A DNA stretch of 64,000 bases from Hormiphora californensis (taxonomy: Eukaryota; Animalia; Ctenophora): assembly GCA_020137815.1 (NCBI GenBank), contig CM035352.1, positions 7,502,001 to 7,566,000 on the forward strand. The letters are read 5' to 3'. Below, piece by piece: positions 59,701 to 64,000 of this stretch (positions within the stretch are counted from its first letter, which is position 1; the number at the start of each line of letters is the position of its first letter). The notes beneath the pieces were generated by a model that did no database searches, was not told the DNA's origin, and was given only the letters and a program-made list of their open reading frames with translations. The position numbers were made by a program, and so were the translations under genes.

Positions 59701-61016
59701 AATAGCCAGACCCTCCAGTAGACCAATCAGGGCGATAACCAGACCATCAATCAGGAGGTCCATCCACTCAGTTTCAAACAGTACAAATGAGCTAAGATCG
59801 AAACTCTGCAGACCAGCCGGTATGTCCCCCACTATATAGAACGGGTTCTCATCATCAATGTACAACATATAATCCAGTAGTCCACCTAGGATCACAACTA
59901 TAATATTTCTCATCAGACCAGTGTACCAAATAGCTCTCCAGACATAGTATCTTGATGTTGGGACACCCCCTGACTCCTCCAACTCAGCTCTAAAACACTT
60001 CGCCGCGTGCTGCTGGAGTAACCATAACAGAAACAAAATGAGGAGAGTGCTGAGACCCAGACATGTGTCCGTCCAACGTAGTTCATCAATTCGGGTGATG
60101 CAGTCTTGACAGACGGTTACAAAATCACTGCTCCAATCCTGGATGCCGGTCAGATCTCCTATCTCTCCCCCTGCTATCTTAATAGCAGCTGCAGAGGTAA
60201 AACCAGCCAGTGTGGGGTAGGATATCAGCCACATGATCCATCCTAGCTCACAGAACCCGAATATCAGCATGTAGATACCAGCGACAAGGGAGAGACAGAT
60301 CGCATATGCCACGTCCCCATCAGCGGCACTAGACACTAGAGAAGACATGATAGAGGTTGGACCTACTGTTACATCTTTACTGGTACCCAGAAACACGTAG
60401 ACCCAGACACCGATATAGGAAGCATAGAGTCCGTACACAGCAGGGAGATTAGCTGCAATGGCGTATGCAATGGATTGTGGGACCACCATGAGACCCACAG
60501 CTGTACCCGCAATGGCATCCCCCTTCCCTTTATCAGGATCATAGTGGGGCGCCCAGGTTACTATGGGCAGCCTCTTCTTTCCATAATCTTTACAACACTG
60601 CTTCTGGCAGAGTCCCCCGCAACATGTATCATCTCTAGGGAGGTTGTCAGGGCCGGAGTCCGCCCCCTCTTCTTGCCCCAGGACTCGGCCGCGTCGTGGT
60701 CCAGAACTTGGGAGGTGCTATTTCTTCTTCTTGACCTAGTCTCAAGACGTCTTGCTAACCAACAAGTCGCGTCGTAGTGAACGTGATGATATAGCTAGAG
60801 AGGAGAGAAACGTGTTACAACAGTTTGTTATCAAAATTAAAAATTGGGTTTTTAGGCCTTAGATATTTCTCGAGGCACTAAAAATCGAGGGCAAATAGTA
60901 TTTATCACGTTTAACGACAGTTATGAAAGAAGAGCGTGTACTGTAATGTACTAGCAAACAAAGTACAAACAATCTTTTCAAGTGTAAGCGTATGAAAAGT
61001 CAGGGCGAGAGAGAGA

Positions 61017-61067
<51 letters not shown>

Positions 61068-61184
61068 CAACATCTCACTTTACTCATCCTCACTCACTCT
61101 AAGCTAAGTTGCGTGGGGAAACATATTGAAAGTGTCTACACTCTACACATTCAAGAGTACAACCCTTTTTTCACTCTCCATCTC

Positions 61185-61226
<42 letters not shown>

Positions 61227-63265
61227 TTCCCTTTCTCAACATTCGTTGGTGATCAATGTTTATCTTAGCAGCCGACAATCAAGGTATTTCAAGTTTCCCA
61301 GAAAGTTCAAGTAACATGTCATGCAGGGACCAGGAGTTCATGGAATTATGAATCTGTTATCTGGGATATATAGTGGCGGAGTTGATTTCTGAGGTCATAT
61401 ATGATATAGAACACAACATTTTCACTAAGTTATCACTAAATGTTACTAAATTAATGTAACGAGAGTCAGTTACAAAGAAACAGTTCTTTAATGCGGGTGT
61501 TACAGGCACACTCTTTTCCCCTCTCTCTCAGTCTGAGTGAAGAGAAAGCAACTGCACATAGTTTGAAGAGGTCTCTTACAAGGACTGTACAGTGAAATAT
61601 GTGTAGTGAAATAAAACACTATTGTCACTCCAGTTTGAACACAGCAGCTGTGTTTTAATCCTATTGATATGAGGGGGGAGTAGTATCAAAAATATTATCC
61701 TTCAGATTTTTTTTTCATTTGACTTAAAAAGCCAGATCAAAATGAGCGAGATCAAGAAACCGGAAGAGCCACAAAAAGAACAAATCCACCAAAGAATCAT
61801 GAATCTATCTGGTCTTTATATTTCACCCCACCCCTCCGATATCCTCACTTTGATCACAATATATCCACTAAAGTTCCTATAATCACCCTTCCTCAAATCA
61901 CTAAATCACTAAATCACTGCTAGTTCCCTAATACTGAACACCTTCCCACAGGATGATAAGAAGACTCACTTTGGTGCAAGTTTGTTTGCTGGATTTCTTG
62001 GGTCCTGCTTCTCCCAACCAATTGATGTGGCCAAAACAAGAATGATGAACCAAAAACTACAGGAAAATGCTTCTGTAAGTGGCTTTATTCTGTTTTGCAG
62101 GGCGCGGTGAGACTTGGTCGGGTAACTGCAAGGCTCTTTTCTCTAACTGGAAAACTGTATTGTTATGATGCATACAATCTAGATCGATCTACTGATTTAT
62201 ATTGAGGCAGATTGATAACTGCACAGTCTCACTCAATACACTCTATATAGTGATCTGGATTCTTCCATATATACCTATTAGCTGTTCAGACTCTGTACGT
62301 GCACCTCATGTCTCAACACTAATAAGAAGAAGGGCTGTACGGCACCCAATTTGATTCTCAAATCTTAGCGCTTGACAGTGCGCTCAGATGGAGTCACGGC
62401 GCCAGGCAGAAGATGGGGCGTGTAAGTGTAAGTGGGGGGGGGGGTTTAGATTTATTGGTTTAGTGGTTTGATCACTTTCAGTTAGGGGGGGGTTGACACA
62501 ACATGTAACATGTGTAACACATATTGGGACACTACATGTGTAACATATCCACTTGCATTTCCTTTATCAAAGACAGTGCGGCGGTGCAGCTCTACAGACC
62601 AGACGTTAGCGTGTGTTAAAACAGATACCATATGTTAATCTCTCCACCCCCTCTCTCTGACCTCTCTCTCTTCCCCCTCTCTCTTTCTCTCCTCTGTGTG
62701 AAGCTAGACGTGTTGGTGGTGTTGGTACTTGGTGTTGGTGCATTTTAATGAAACTTCTTCACTTGTTGCAAGGAACAAGTACCATGAATTATCCAAGGAT
62801 CAAGTACTGCTAGGATACCATATATTATCTCCAGGGAATGATAGGATACTACACCTAGGAACTAGGCAGGGGTTAGGGTATTCGATGAACTAACCTCCCT
62901 TCAATTCATTCAAGTTTTATCAAAGTTCATCCACACAACAAGTGCCACTTCAATGATGATAACAACTTCCCAACTGTTGCCCTGCTCGACCCTGTTTCAC
63001 TGCACCCCGGAGGGTTAGAACATAGCAACCCAACTGTACAACTATACTAACTCCCCCCCCCCCCCCCCTCCAGGTCCGACTGTACAAGAGTGTGAGTGAC
63101 ACCATGATATGTACTGTAAAGCACGAGGGGCTCCCAGCTCTATGGAAGGGCTTCATACCAACTTTCTGCCGGCTTGGTCCCTGGAACGTCCTATTTTTCA
63201 TGAGTTTGGAACAGTTTAGAGTGCTGGATAACAAAATTAATGGAAGGACTAAAGCTGTCTTTTAG
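56745..63265 (+). CDS. SLC25A14: Mitochondrial carrier, UCP5/KMCP1 (SLC25A14/30)-like, 6 exons
   Basis: Exons 56745-56842, 56978-57131, 57826-58037, 58313-58431, 61952-62073, 63074-63265. Three PxDxxK/R motifs ([30 protein letters not shown]), [27 protein letters not shown]. Confidence 0.88.
58714..60681 (-). CDS. SLC26A11: Nested gene: SLC26A11-like sulfate/anion transporter, intronless, start uncertain
   Basis: [54 protein letters not shown] and a STAS domain. Lies in carrier intron 58432-61951. The frame is open up to a TAG at 60718-60720. Confidence 0.9.
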   Translation of the reverse strand: MGQEEGADSGPDNLPRDDTCCGGLCQKQCCKDYGKKRLPIVTWAPHYDPDKGKGDAIAGTAVGLMVVPQSIAYAIAANLPAVYGLYASYIGVWVYVFLGTSKDVTVGPTSIMSSLVSSAADGDVAYAICLSLVAGIYMLIFGFCELGWIMWLISYPTLAGFTSAAAIKIAGGEIGDLTGIQDWSSDFVTVCQDCITRIDELRWTDTCLGLSTLLILFLLWLLQQHAAKCFRAELEESGGVPTSRYYVWRAIWYTGLMRNIIVVILGGLLDYMLYIDDENPFYIVGDIPAGLQSFDLSSFVLFETEWMDLLIDGLVIALIGLLEGLAIATAFGKKNRYEVDNSQEMVAIGTANVIGSFFLCYPVTGSFSRSSVQSESGSRTPFAGFYTGLIVVLCLLFLTSIFYYIPMAVLAAVIIFAVVFMVNFCVPVRMWRVRKLGTISWLVTFVCVLALGVEYGIAIGVGFDLILVVAKNLRPTTHVHDMGEGIILVEPESGWNYLSTNYVKEKTEEAMYWERKRFLFSHSTTVTAIILDMSRFSELDITAFEALKSLSEGCHSEKILLFSVGLSMELSEDCERFGVVIPNFKGTDDAVSAARREVRISMALQERMAAAVSNQVLYPELPDDQGPNNPPKYGTFDDKTPPPPHPPPPPPPGTE

Positions 63266-64000
63266 AAGACTCATCTCTTTATTATCGTGTAATAGAGTCT
63301 CATCTGGCAGCTGTTGTTGAGTTACTCAACAAGTCAGCTGTCTGCCTGAGCAGACTCAATCTTTCAGCTGTCTGGAGGCACTGACCCTGTTTTTGAGCGT
63401 GCGACAATGCGCTTAGATCAGGTCGGCGCTGGCAGACAGACAGGGTGTATCAGGAACATTTATATATTATGTAACTGCAGGTGTTTTTGTAAATTGTGAC
63501 AGTGTTTTGTGACAGTGTGTGACAGTGTTTTGTGAGCGTGTGTAGATTTGTATATTTAGAAGCGTATTGACTCCATTTGAATCTTTATATCATGTTTTAG
63601 CTGTCAGAGCATTGGCCTGACAGTGTTTTAGTAGGGGGCTGATTCTTTTGATGAGTGCCCCTGATATTGGACCTACCATTTATTTGTAATTTAGATTCCG
63701 TGTTTTTCTTTGATATTCAGAAAATAACTTGGCTTCCCCTTTATAGCTATGGACTTCTAAAGTCAGCGTGGAACCTGATAAAGTGTGATCAATGGATAAA
63801 TCTACTGATACAGTGTGGCAACAGCAGATAAATCTACGGTTGTCGGAAATGAGGTTGATTCACCGCTGAATAATATGTAGGTTTTTTTGAAACCCGGGGG
63901 GGGGGGGGGGGTGTGAAAGAGGCGTCTAGATATGGTCAAGTAAGACTACTAACTGACCCCATTTTGATGCTGAGCAGGCGACAGTGCGATCAGATCGGGT

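Overview
Eukaryotic, gene-dense, intron-containing animal DNA rich in (AG)n microsatellites. Nested intronic genes plus a splice acceptor just upstream of nearly every start codon suggest a ctenophore-like, SL trans-splicing genome; the taxon is inferred. Genes in order: 3' end of a sushi/CCP gene, ACC-synthase-like PLP enzyme, MTMR10-like pseudophosphatase, UBA2, REPS1-like EH protein (all +), importin-alpha (-), then a tight + strand run GTDC1/QTMAN, CHERP, ANKRD27/VARP and an SLC25A14/30-like carrier. Three antisense genes sit in introns: a triple pentraxin/LamG-domain gene and an intronless MACPF gene in ANKRD27, and SLC26A11 in the carrier gene. Introns hold many young non-autonomous elements: a TTGG...CCAA family with 9-bp TSDs (7 copies, 49-588 bp), TA-MITEs, a long-TIR mariner-type foldback with a nested TTAA element, a Helitron, a Helentron-type element and an ORF1-only retroposon. 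The most unusual signals are about 15 tandem duplications centred on splice junctions, duplicated alternative N-terminal exon pairs in ACCS, and a roughly 90-bp direct repeat bracketing the nested pentraxin gene. All coordinates were read by hand. Some stretches near microsatellites contain evident indel errors.
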